Source: a virus | DNA: 64,000 bases | Virus record (IMG/VR): IMGVR_UViG_3300032288_004022 | Span: 31,572 to 95,571 of that record | Direction: 5' to 3' (one strand) | Part shown: positions 9,569 to 17,985 of the stretch, piece by piece | How the letters are laid out: every line of letters starts with the position of its first letter | How positions within the stretch are numbered: position 1 is the first letter of the stretch | Program-made: the position numbers and the translations under genes | The notes under the pieces: generated by a model | The model's input: the letters and a program-made list of their open reading frames with translations, nothing else | Told to the model about the DNA's origin: nothing | The model's database searches: none

Positions 9569-10389
9569 TGCAACAACTACAAGTACTCACAGAAGAATTC
9601 AAAGACCATCCATGGATCCCAGGATGGATTGAGGCTGGGTACGATATTAAATTTGTTACCAATCACACTGATGTTGTTGACTCTATTCCAGTGGTGTGCG
9701 GATCTGATTTATCTCACAACTATGTGTGTCGCTGGTTGAATATGAAACAACCAGCAGTGTACATTGGCCGAGGATACGTGGGCAATCACACTTCAAAAAA
9801 GCGGCGGCTTTGGAGAGCCAGTGTGAATGGGTGGGCAAATACAAAATTAATGCCGGTTCCGCACAGTAGATGGAACACAATGATGTTGTCCAGACATCCA
9901 TGGAAAGTCAAACAAGTTCAAAAAGTATTGATTGCCCCAAGCAAGATGGTCAGCAACGTTTGGAGTCAAGTGGGAGCACGTACCTGGGCTGAGAATATGT
10001 TGGACAAATTTCCTGGAGCCGAAGTCAAAATTAGATACAAAGCCAGCACTCCTTGGGAACGATGGGCCACATTGTGGGAAGATTTAGACTGGTGCGACTT
10101 AGTGGTAACACAGAGTTCGGCAATAACTTGCGAAGCACTTTGGTACGGTAAAAAAGTCATCAGCATAGAACCTTGCCCCACTTGGGCCGCTGAACACACC
10201 ACGTTAGAAGATTGGCAAAATCCGCACGAACCTGAACTAAGAGATGCCTGGCACGAACACCTGGCCTGGAGCCAATTTACTGTGGATGAATGGACGTCGG
10301 GCGAAGCATTGAGTTTGATCGAACAGTACATGGGACCTGTACTGGATTATGATGCCCAACACCAGTACAATTTACCAATTTTGTATTAG
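9568..10389 (+). CDS. Capsule-synthesis-like glycosyltransferase paralogue 4
   Basis: VKIRYK, VVTQSSAITCEALWYGK, LAWSQFTVDEWTSG; TGATG coupling. Confidence 0.55.
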   Translation: MQQLQVLTEEFKDHPWIPGWIEAGYDIKFVTNHTDVVDSIPVVCGSDLSHNYVCRWLNMKQPAVYIGRGYVGNHTSKKRRLWRASVNGWANTKLMPVPHSRWNTMMLSRHPWKVKQVQKVLIAPSKMVSNVWSQVGARTWAENMLDKFPGAEVKIRYKASTPWERWATLWEDLDWCDLVVTQSSAITCEALWYGKKVISIEPCPTWAAEHTTLEDWQNPHEPELRDAWHEHLAWSQFTVDEWTSGEALSLIEQYMGPVLDYDAQHQYNLPILY

Positions 10390-11180
10390 TAATTTTTAAG
10401 TTCAAGCAACATGGTATCGTAATCGGGGATACCAAAGTCAATTTCTTTGCGAGTGTCAACCAGCACTTTGTTCACTGCCTTGGGACCTTGTGTCTGCACA
10501 ATGTGTTTGCCCAGTGCATACACATCATTGATCTTGCACAGCAAATCAAATTTGTTGATTTGATTGTGATTACTGACCAGATGATACACTCCGGCAACAG
10601 TGGGATCGTTGATGTACTGATTGACACACTTGGCCAACTGCAACGTGGTGATGCCATTCCACCAGGCATTTGACCAACCGGGCAGTTCAGAATCCGGGTT
10701 GGTCAACACCCAATTAAGCAATCCAGTACCGTTCTTTAGTTCGGGACCAATTATGCTCATTCTAAAGGTAATGTCTTTGGCATTGTTGACTTCACCAAAA
10801 CTCTTGCTACGTCCATAAGCATTGGTTTCTGTGTGGTAGTCGCTTTCGACGTAGTTGCCACGAGCACCGTCAAACACACAATCAGTTGACAGATGTATCA
10901 GGCGTGTGTTGGTATTTTTTAACCGATGAGCACAATACTGTGGCCACCAGGCATTGACAACAGCGGCTCGATCGGGCCGATCCGTGCAATCTTTTACCAA
11001 CAAACCAACCGCATTGACTAAAAAATCTGCGTCTAGTGAATCAAAAAAACTGTCAACTGATTGCTGTTCAATATCAAGCTGTGTTCTATCCACCATGGTC
11101 ACAGCATGTCCGCAACGTTGAAGATAATCCGCGATCATGTGCCCAGCCATGCCGCGACTGCCAACCACAGTTACTTTCAT
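10386..11180 (-). CDS. NDP-4-keto-6-deoxyhexose 4-reductase (RmlD/WbvR-like SDR)
   Basis: GSRGMAG, HLSTDCVFDG, YGRSK; start at 11180 ATGA-coupled to the upstream gene. Confidence 0.85.
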   Translation of the reverse strand: MKVTVVGSRGMAGHMIADYLQRCGHAVTMVDRTQLDIEQQSVDSFFDSLDADFLVNAVGLLVKDCTDRPDRAAVVNAWWPQYCAHRLKNTNTRLIHLSTDCVFDGARGNYVESDYHTETNAYGRSKSFGEVNNAKDITFRMSIIGPELKNGTGLLNWVLTNPDSELPGWSNAWWNGITTLQLAKCVNQYINDPTVAGVYHLVSNHNQINKFDLLCKINDVYALGKHIVQTQGPKAVNKVLVDTRKEIDFGIPDYDTMLLELKNY

Positions 11181-12157
11181 ATGAAATTGCCTTTCTTCAA
11201 CATTTCTTTGATTTCTTTCTTGTTCATAATTTTGGTCTTTGACGAAAATTCCTTGTGTGGGAAAGATTTGCAATCTTGATAACGCACCGCTAGAGCTTGA
11301 TTGTAATTGCTGGGCAGTGTCAAAAAGTAGTTGTCATCGTAGCAGTAGGACAATTTAGATTCATGATGCGAGATCAACATTTCATCTAGCTTTTCGCCAG
11401 GCCGCATGCCAGTTTCTTTGATTTCAACTTGTCCATAAACATCCATCAGCACTTGGGCTAGATCCTTGATGTAACAAGCAGGCATGTTCATCACAAATGT
11501 TTCCCCACCAATGCTGTCAATGCTGGCCTTGAACAACAACTGTATGGCTTCTTCTAGGGTCAAGAAGAATCTGGTCATGTCATGGTCAGTCAACGTGATA
11601 GGGCCGCCTGATTTGATTTGTTCAATAAAAAACGGAATAACTGACCCACTTGATCCCATGACATTGCCGCCTCGAATGCACACAAATTTGGTGTAGTCAG
11701 TTAGGTCGTTGGCTTGTACAATGATCTTTTCACCCACAGCCTTGGTCATGCCGTACAAGTTGATTGGCTCCACGGCCTTGTCGCTGGACACGTCAATGAC
11801 CTTGCGCACACGATTTTCAATGGCAGCATTCACAATGTTTGTTGTGCCGTCAATGTTGGTTTTGATAGTTTCTTGCACATTCTCTTCGCACACAGGCACA
11901 TGCTTGAGAGCTGCCAGGTGAAAAATGTAATCCACGTTTCGAGTTGCCAATTTGACAGCATCATAGTCTCTGACATCACCAATGACAAATTTAAGTCTAG
12001 GGTCGTTGAACCGTCGCTTCATTAGTACCTGTTGCAACTCACCTCGACTGAAGCATATAATTTCTTTCACATTGTATTTTTTCAACAACATGGTGATCAA
12101 GGTTTGTCCCCATGATCCAGTTGCACCGCTGACAAAAATTCTTGTTCCGTTAAACAT
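11177..12157 (-). CDS. UDP-GlcNAc 4,6-dehydratase (FnlA/CapE/PseB family)
   Basis: GATGSWG, GDVRD, HLAALKHVP, SSDKAVEPINLYGMTK, GNVMGS.GSVIP, RPGEKLDE. Confidence 0.9.
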   Translation of the reverse strand: MFNGTRIFVSGATGSWGQTLITMLLKKYNVKEIICFSRGELQQVLMKRRFNDPRLKFVIGDVRDYDAVKLATRNVDYIFHLAALKHVPVCEENVQETIKTNIDGTTNIVNAAIENRVRKVIDVSSDKAVEPINLYGMTKAVGEKIIVQANDLTDYTKFVCIRGGNVMGSSGSVIPFFIEQIKSGGPITLTDHDMTRFFLTLEEAIQLLFKASIDSIGGETFVMNMPACYIKDLAQVLMDVYGQVEIKETGMRPGEKLDEMLISHHESKLSYCYDDNYFLTLPSNYNQALAVRYQDCKSFPHKEFSSKTKIMNKKEIKEMLKKGNFI

Positions 12158-12158
12158 T

Positions 12159-12710
12159 TTAACCCTTTAGCAAGTTGATTATTTCTTGATCTGAATACAG
12201 TTTTACAGTGGCAATGAATTCTGAAAACTCTGCATATGATGTGTTGGCATAGGATTCGTCAGGATAAATTTTGTTGGCCGGCATGCGTATCAGAGTAAAT
12301 CCAAAATTGTTGTTCATTGGATAGAGTTCAAAATTCTGCTCTTTGAGCATGTAATATAGAATTTTGTAAGAGTCAGAACAAAATTTAGGCGAAGTGTGTT
12401 TCAACGATGGCGGCACCATGTCGTGCATCAAGATCCAGTCTGTGGCGCGATCAACTGAATTATTGAAATCTCGCAACACATATTCGTAGTCATGACAAGC
12501 GTCAATGAATATGATATTGAATTTTGTGTCAGGAGTCAAACTGGCAAAGTACTCGTCGGTGGTGCCGTTGAACATGGCAGCACCATTGATATCCACTGAC
12601 ACCTTGGACTTGGCATTGATTTTGTCAAAGTTGATGTTGTCTCTTACCCCTAGTTCCAGGTAAGAACATTCGTGTATGTTTTTTAAATTGTTGATTATTT
12701 CACTGCTCAT
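12159..12710 (-). CDS. Class I SAM-dependent methyltransferase (Methyltransf_24-like)
   Basis: YLELGV, IFIDACH, ILMHD. Confidence 0.75.
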   Translation of the reverse strand: MSSEIINNLKNIHECSYLELGVRDNINFDKINAKSKVSVDINGAAMFNGTTDEYFASLTPDTKFNIIFIDACHDYEYVLRDFNNSVDRATDWILMHDMVPPSLKHTSPKFCSDSYKILYYMLKEQNFELYPMNNNFGFTLIRMPANKIYPDESYANTSYAEFSEFIATVKLYSDQEIINLLKG

Positions 12711-12725
12711 GATATTCCTTTGATG

Positions 12726-13355
12726 TTACTCGGTCACTAGATATTGTGTGTATTTTTTTACCTTGGTTGTTAACAGCACACTTTTGTCCCATGGCAAAAA
12801 CTCCGCGGGCACCGATGGTCCCAGGTCGTATTGATATTGTTCTTCTTCTAATGTTCTTTTTATTTGGCCTGTTTGTGCAACGTCGCCCCACTTGTTGACA
12901 AAATGCCCCCGTGCAAGACTGTAATTCCACCCCGAACCGCTCTTGGCATAGGGAATTTCGTGCGAAATATACACGCCCAGGTCAGCTTCTTTGAGTCTAA
13001 TGTAAAAGTCATCGTCTTCAAATCCGCCGCCCACAAAACGTTCGTCAAACATGCCTATGTTTCTCAACAGTTGTTTTTTAAATCCAAAAAATGCCAAACG
13101 ATAAAATGCCACCATGGCGTACCCTTGATCCAACAGCTCAAGCAATCGTGTCACATCAGCGTTGCTGGGCATGACTTTGTCCGACATCAAAATCACTGTT
13201 TCGGTATCAGCCGACGCAACACATGAGTTTACCAATTTGGAAAAACTGGGATATCCAGTGCCATCAAAATATTGAACTGGTTCTGGAGCAATGCTTTTTT
13301 GAATTGGTTCAAACAAGTGAGGGCGGTTTGATATCACAAAACTGCTATGATTCAT
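12726..13355 (-). CDS. GT2-like glycosyltransferase
   Basis: IGMFDERFVGGGFEDDDFYIRL motif. Confidence 0.7.
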   Translation of the reverse strand: MNHSSFVISNRPHLFEPIQKSIAPEPVQYFDGTGYPSFSKLVNSCVASADTETVILMSDKVMPSNADVTRLLELLDQGYAMVAFYRLAFFGFKKQLLRNIGMFDERFVGGGFEDDDFYIRLKEADLGVYISHEIPYAKSGSGWNYSLARGHFVNKWGDVAQTGQIKRTLEEEQYQYDLGPSVPAEFLPWDKSVLLTTKVKKYTQYLVTE

Positions 13356-14034
13356 TGAGCCGGTCCCAGTAACTTGTTCTTGTTAGACTTTTCTTTATGC
13401 CTTTACCAACCAATGCTGTGCCCATGATATAGTTGTGTATTTCAATTGTGACATGATACTGATTGATGGCATTGTCAGCTGGCAAATAGGTATTGGCATA
13501 CGTTGCCACCAGTTTTCGGGCTGCGTGTGGTTTCAACGCATAGCCACAACAGCCGGGCATGCTGGAATTCCTATATGGCATGGCCTTTGGTTCTCCAGTG
13601 GGGTCAGTAAGATAATCCAAGTAACGATCACTTTTCTTGGGATGACCCAGCGCCACCACCAGCACATCTTGCCAGTCAACTGGTATGTAGGGCCTAGATA
13701 GAACAATGTCGTCCTCCCAGATAATAATAGGTTCGTCAAGCTCGGCGCATTTTTGCCACAGTCTATAGTGACTCAAAAAACATCCTTTGATGCCGGGTGC
13801 TGAAATTTTGCCATGCTCCTGTACAGGGTCATCACTTTTGACAGCATCTGGGCCTTTGATTCCAAAAGGATGTACTGTGCGGCCCGATTCAGCCATGATG
13901 CCAACTGCATCGTTGCCGTAGGTGCCTTCAAACAATTCAGCTGTCATACCAAATTCTTCAAGACGTTGCTTTAGGTTGGTGGCTGTGGTCAATGATGCTT
14001 CAATTTTTGAAAGACAAATGATATAACTTTTCAT
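13345..14034 (-). CDS. GT25 family glycosyltransferase
   Basis: YIICL, GCFLSHYRLW, IIWEDD, GYAL...AARKL, PAD. Confidence 0.85.
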   Translation of the reverse strand: MKSYIICLSKIEASLTTATNLKQRLEEFGMTAELFEGTYGNDAVGIMAESGRTVHPFGIKGPDAVKSDDPVQEHGKISAPGIKGCFLSHYRLWQKCAELDEPIIIWEDDIVLSRPYIPVDWQDVLVVALGHPKKSDRYLDYLTDPTGEPKAMPYRNSSMPGCCGYALKPHAARKLVATYANTYLPADNAINQYHVTIEIHNYIMGTALVGKGIKKSLTRTSYWDRLNES

Positions 14035-14831
14035 TGCCAGTATGCCTCTGTTCGTGATACCAATAAGTCCTTGGCCGGGCTTCGACCAGCTTGTTTGCGT
14101 TTGCCTTTGAGATGGTCTAGATAAGCACCCCAGTCGCTGTTGATCAAGGGATGCCCTTCGCCAGTTACCAGACCCCGGCTCCAGTCTAGCTCATTCAACA
14201 CACACTGTTTTCTCACAGCATCAAACACAAACGAATCGTGCCACTCTTCTAACGTGAATATTCCGTTCTCGGCATCATCATACCAGCGTTGAAACTTTTG
14301 TAAAAAGGTTTTTGTGTTGGTGTTGTTGAGATTCATAGCATACAGGCCACATTCTGAGTACTTGCCCTGACGTCCCAGATAACACAAGTCTCGGCCCGGG
14401 GGACACAAACGATCTAGATCTGGCAACGTTATCGCACTGTGGCACACAGTGTCTGCGTCCATCCATATCAACCAGTCGGTGCTGATAGATCTAGCACAGT
14501 GAAATATACTGTAAACCTTGTGCGCGAATCTCACAGCATTCCATTTGAATCCTTTGCCGGCATCGCGTCGGCGTGATCTCACAGGATCGGTACTGACATC
14601 TCCATTGGCACGGGGCACATCTTTCCACACAGATTTGAATGTTGTGAGCGCATCTACAACAGTGATATCATGTACTATGAGATTGCTAGCGGATTCTGCA
14701 ACAGCACAATCTTCTGCATATACCACAAGGGCAACTTCAGCAGGCCAGTTTTTCAAAAAGGTTTGAATCATGCGCTGGCCGTATTGTTTATAGCCAGATT
14801 CGTTAAACGTGGTACATACAGTGTATTTCAT
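14031..14831 (-). CDS. GT-A fold glycosyltransferase-like protein
   Basis: AVRFAHKV, WMDAD (DxD), EWHDSFVFD, DHLKG. Confidence 0.65.
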   Translation of the reverse strand: MKYTVCTTFNESGYKQYGQRMIQTFLKNWPAEVALVVYAEDCAVAESASNLIVHDITVVDALTTFKSVWKDVPRANGDVSTDPVRSRRRDAGKGFKWNAVRFAHKVYSIFHCARSISTDWLIWMDADTVCHSAITLPDLDRLCPPGRDLCYLGRQGKYSECGLYAMNLNNTNTKTFLQKFQRWYDDAENGIFTLEEWHDSFVFDAVRKQCVLNELDWSRGLVTGEGHPLINSDWGAYLDHLKGKRKQAGRSPAKDLLVSRTEAYWQ

Positions 14832-14837
14832 GAAAAA

Positions 14838-14843
14838 TACTTA
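14838..14843 (-). promoter_or_regulatory. Late-type promoter variant TAAGTA for the minus-strand glycan block
   Basis: TAAGTA 6 nt before the ATG at 14831, in an 11-bp divergent gap. Confidence 0.4.
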
Positions 14844-15700
14844 TGATAGAAAACATAGCCTATTTTCCTTTGCAGTGTGCCAAGAACTCCCAACCTGTGA
14901 TGAGTGCAGTGCTGGGGTGTTTGCAGTCACGCGGCATTCAAACACAAGCAAATTCTTGGACCGCAGATGCAGCCATAATCTGGAGTGTGCTTTGGAACGG
15001 GCGCATGGCTGCTAATCAGCAGGTATACCAGCACTATCGTGCTCAAGGTCTCCCAGTGATTGTGATTGAAATAGGCACACTACATCGCGGCGTCACCTGG
15101 AAAGTGGCAGTAAACAACATCACAGCAGATGGCTATTATGGGCATCAGGATCAGCTGGACTGGGATCGTCCCAGCAAACTAAAAGTCAATCTGGTCACAC
15201 AGTCAGTTTCCCGACCCAATATTGTGGTTGCATTGCAACACACTCGCAGTTTACAGCTACAAGGTATAGACATCAATAACTGGTTGATTGATACTGTGCA
15301 ACACATAAGAACCCACAGTGACCGTCCCATTACCGTGCGACCGCACCCACGTTGTAAATTTGCACCGCCCAGTTTGCCCAAAGACGTTGTAATTGAAAAC
15401 CCCAAACCGCTGGCACAAACCTACGACAGTTTTGACCTGCACTACGACTGCCATGCTGTGGTGAATTTTAACTCGGGGCCCGGGACCCAAGCAGCCCTGG
15501 CTGGAGTACGTCCCTTGGTAGATGCCAGCAGTTTGGCAGCACCTGTGGGCATTGATTTTGCACAAATTGAACGCCCGTATCAAAAAGACCGCGAATCATG
15601 GCTGGTGCAAATTTGCCACACAGAATACACTGTGGAGGAACTGGCACAAGGCACCTGGTTAGATAGAATAGCCCCGGCTTTGGCCAGCATGGCCAATTAA
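14843..15700 (+). CDS. Capsule-synthesis-like glycosyltransferase paralogue 5
   Basis: RPITVRPHP, VVNFNSGPGTQAALAGV, TEYTVEELAQG. Confidence 0.65.
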   Translation: MIENIAYFPLQCAKNSQPVMSAVLGCLQSRGIQTQANSWTADAAIIWSVLWNGRMAANQQVYQHYRAQGLPVIVIEIGTLHRGVTWKVAVNNITADGYYGHQDQLDWDRPSKLKVNLVTQSVSRPNIVVALQHTRSLQLQGIDINNWLIDTVQHIRTHSDRPITVRPHPRCKFAPPSLPKDVVIENPKPLAQTYDSFDLHYDCHAVVNFNSGPGTQAALAGVRPLVDASSLAAPVGIDFAQIERPYQKDRESWLVQICHTEYTVEELAQGTWLDRIAPALASMAN

Positions 15701-15736
15701 TCACACTTGTGGCCCAGAGCCAGGTATATAATTGTT

Positions 15737-16375
15737 ATGAACGCATGGCTTGATCATTATCGTAGAATCTACTATCCCTTGCTGAACATTCAGTTTACTC
15801 AAGCTCAAGGCATCCTGGCCGACGGCATCTACAACAGAGCTGTGGGCTTTGATGTTATTTTTAGACTGCTGTTGAGCCACAAGCAAACTGATTTCAGCAT
15901 TGTAGAAACTGGTACGTTGAGAACACCGGGCAACTGGATGGACGGGCAAAGTGCTAGGCTGTTTACAGAATTTGTTGATGTATACAATGGACGAGTTCGC
16001 AGTGTGGACATAGACTCCACAGCCTGTGAAGCCGCTAGAAACAGTATTGCAAGCTTGAACTTTTCGGTTGATCTAAGCGACAGTGTGGCCTGGTTGGCAG
16101 CTCAAAAGGACCTGGACACAGTTGACTTGTTTTATCTTGACAGCTACGATGTGGATTGGAACGATGACACAGCATCGGCTCAGCATCATTTGGAAGAGTT
16201 CAAGATTATTGAACCATATCTGCGTACCGGGACAGTGGTAGCAATAGATGACAATTCTCGCTGGATCAACAACTCTCGACGAACTGGCAAAGGTCGAGCC
16301 ATTGTGGAATATCTTGAGCTGACTCGAAACAAACTGCCCATCTACGACGAATATCAAATTATTTTTCAGTTCTAA
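15737..16375 (+). CDS. SAM-dependent methyltransferase-like protein
   Basis: IVETGT, SVDID, LFYLDSYD, VAIDDN, GKG. Confidence 0.7.
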   Translation: MNAWLDHYRRIYYPLLNIQFTQAQGILADGIYNRAVGFDVIFRLLLSHKQTDFSIVETGTLRTPGNWMDGQSARLFTEFVDVYNGRVRSVDIDSTACEAARNSIASLNFSVDLSDSVAWLAAQKDLDTVDLFYLDSYDVDWNDDTASAQHHLEEFKIIEPYLRTGTVVAIDDNSRWINNSRRTGKGRAIVEYLELTRNKLPIYDEYQIIFQF

Positions 16376-17100
16376 TGGCAAAGAAATTGGTCAAGCATAT
16401 CGACTGTGCATGTGTGATTCACGGAAAAGCCTACGATTGGCAGTACGTGGAACGACTGTACAACATGTTGAGCCGAAATCTTGGCGCAGAAGTTCGCATG
16501 CATGTGTACACCGAACATGATAGAAGTGTGCCACCGCACATGGTCAAACACATACTTGATGATTGGGGTATAAGTGGTCCCAAACAAGGTTGGTGGTACA
16601 AGATGCAGTTGTTCAACTCTCAACACTTTGATGGCAATTTGTTGTACTTTGACTTGGACGTGGTGATTGCCAATCACCTGGACTGGGTACTTGGCCACCC
16701 CACTGACCTCTTTTGGACCATACGCGATTTCAAGTACCTACAGCGTCGTGACTCAGTGTCAATAAACTCCAGCATGATGTGGTTCAACGTTGAAAAATTC
16801 AACTGGATATGGCAGCAGTTTGGTCAGCAAGATCTCAATACTGTTGTAAAAACTTACCCAGGTGACCAAGACTACTTGAATGCAGTGCTGAATGTGAATC
16901 AACGGCGATTTTTTGATGATGGGTTTTTTGAAAGTTTTCGTTGGCAGTGCTTGGATGGCGGGTTTGACTTTGCACGCCGGAAACACCGCTGCCCGGGCAC
17001 AGGAGTCAAAATTGAACCTGGCACCAGTGTAGTGGTGTTCCACGGCCGTCCCAAGCCAGCTGAAGTACATGATCCCATCATACAAAAACTCTGGCAATAA
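16375..17100 (+). CDS. GT-A fold glycosyltransferase (GT8-like)
   Basis: YVERLYNM, WWYKMQLF, YFDLDVV, NSSMM, GDQD, VFHGRPKP. Confidence 0.75.
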   Translation: MAKKLVKHIDCACVIHGKAYDWQYVERLYNMLSRNLGAEVRMHVYTEHDRSVPPHMVKHILDDWGISGPKQGWWYKMQLFNSQHFDGNLLYFDLDVVIANHLDWVLGHPTDLFWTIRDFKYLQRRDSVSINSSMMWFNVEKFNWIWQQFGQQDLNTVVKTYPGDQDYLNAVLNVNQRRFFDDGFFESFRWQCLDGGFDFARRKHRCPGTGVKIEPGTSVVVFHGRPKPAEVHDPIIQKLWQ

Positions 17101-17120
17101 AACTAGTACTTTGCTGCTAC

Positions 17121-17149
17121 TTGACCAAAAATAAGCCTTTTGCTATAAT
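17121..17149 (+). promoter_or_regulatory. Early sigma70-type promoter (repeat unit 1)
   Basis: TTGACC-17 bp-TATAAT with extended -10 TG. Confidence 0.85.
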
Positions 17150-17174
17150 TGGGACTTAACAACAAGGAGCCCCG

Positions 17175-17384
17175 ATGGGATATCGCGTTTTGGATACTGT
17201 GGACAACATGCGTCAAAAATACGGTGCCCGTGCTGGGCTTGAAGGCCCGTTCAATTTCTCAGGCCGAGTGTTGTATTATGACAACAAAGAAGGTGCATAC
17301 TACGATCCCACTACAGATTTCTACGTCAGCCGCGAAGAAATGGACGCGATCAACGCTGATTTCTACAAAATCCTCAAAAAGTAA
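17175..17384 (+). CDS. Small early protein
   Basis: AAGGAGCC RBS, own promoter; LEGPF...YYD.KEG.YYDP..D.Y. Confidence 0.8.
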   Translation: MGYRVLDTVDNMRQKYGARAGLEGPFNFSGRVLYYDNKEGAYYDPTTDFYVSREEMDAINADFYKILKK

Positions 17385-17407
17385 TACTTTTTAGTACTAC
17401 TTTTTGG

Positions 17408-17436
17408 TTGACCAATATTTCCCGATCTGCTATACT
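17408..17436 (+). promoter_or_regulatory. Early sigma70-type promoter (repeat unit 2)
   Basis: TTGACC-17-TATACT with extended -10 TG. Confidence 0.8.
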
Positions 17437-17465
17437 GTAGTCATAGTGAGCAAAAAGGAGCCGAA

Positions 17466-17690
17466 ATGATTCGCAGTGAGTACGAAGCACGAATTCCCGC
17501 AACTGAGATCTACAGCTACAGTGGTGTGATCACTGTGGAAGACAGCGGCGGCGAGTTGGTGCGTTTCACAATCCAACGCGAAACTGCATGCGATCGTCGC
17601 TGGGATGTGGTCAGTGACGCCATGATCCCCCGCGCAATGGCTGCTGGTCTCTTGGTCGATAAGCCCCTGTTGAGCCAAGAATTGGCTTGA
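17466..17690 (+). CDS. Small early protein
   Basis: AAGGAGCC RBS, own promoter. Confidence 0.75.
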   Translation: MIRSEYEARIPATEIYSYSGVITVEDSGGELVRFTIQRETACDRRWDVVSDAMIPRAMAAGLLVDKPLLSQELA

Positions 17691-17715
17691 CCAAAAATTC
17701 CCATTTTGCTATAAT
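17687..17715 (+). promoter_or_regulatory. Early sigma70-type promoter (repeat unit 3)
   Basis: TTGACCAAAAATTCCCATTTTGCTATAAT, identical to 53661-53689. Confidence 0.85.
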
Positions 17716-17745
17716 AGAAGCATAGACAGTAACAAGGAGCCAGAA

Positions 17746-17922
17746 ATGAACTTTGAACAAGCCATTGAAATCGTCCAAGAATACAAACAAGATTGGGCCT
17801 TGCCCGGATTGCTGGAGACCCTGCAGCAGATGCAGGATTGCTACGACGATCTCAGCGGCCAGGAAGCCCGTGCATATCGTGTGGTTTTTCGTGAAATGGG
17901 CCGACTGTTTGCCCCGGCCTAA
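17746..17922 (+). CDS. Small early protein, 58 aa (MNFEQAIEIV...RLFAPA), absent from the ORF track
   Basis: AAGGAGCC RBS + ATG at 17746, TAA at 17920-17922, between two promoters. Confidence 0.75.
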   Translation: MNFEQAIEIVQEYKQDWALPGLLETLQQMQDCYDDLSGQEARAYRVVFREMGRLFAPA

Positions 17923-17926
17923 ACGG

Positions 17927-17955
17927 TTGACCAATAAATCCCCTTCTGCTATAAT
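17927..17955 (+). promoter_or_regulatory. Early sigma70-type promoter (repeat unit 4)
   Basis: TTGACC-17-TATAAT with extended -10 TG. Confidence 0.85.
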
Positions 17956-17985
17956 ATGTTTTTAACGCACAAAAAGGAGCCAACT

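Noticed and set aside
17101-17985. CRISPR-like array (regularly spaced repeats)
   Set aside because: Repeats are promoters and the 240-290 bp intervals are genes with an RBS; no cas genes
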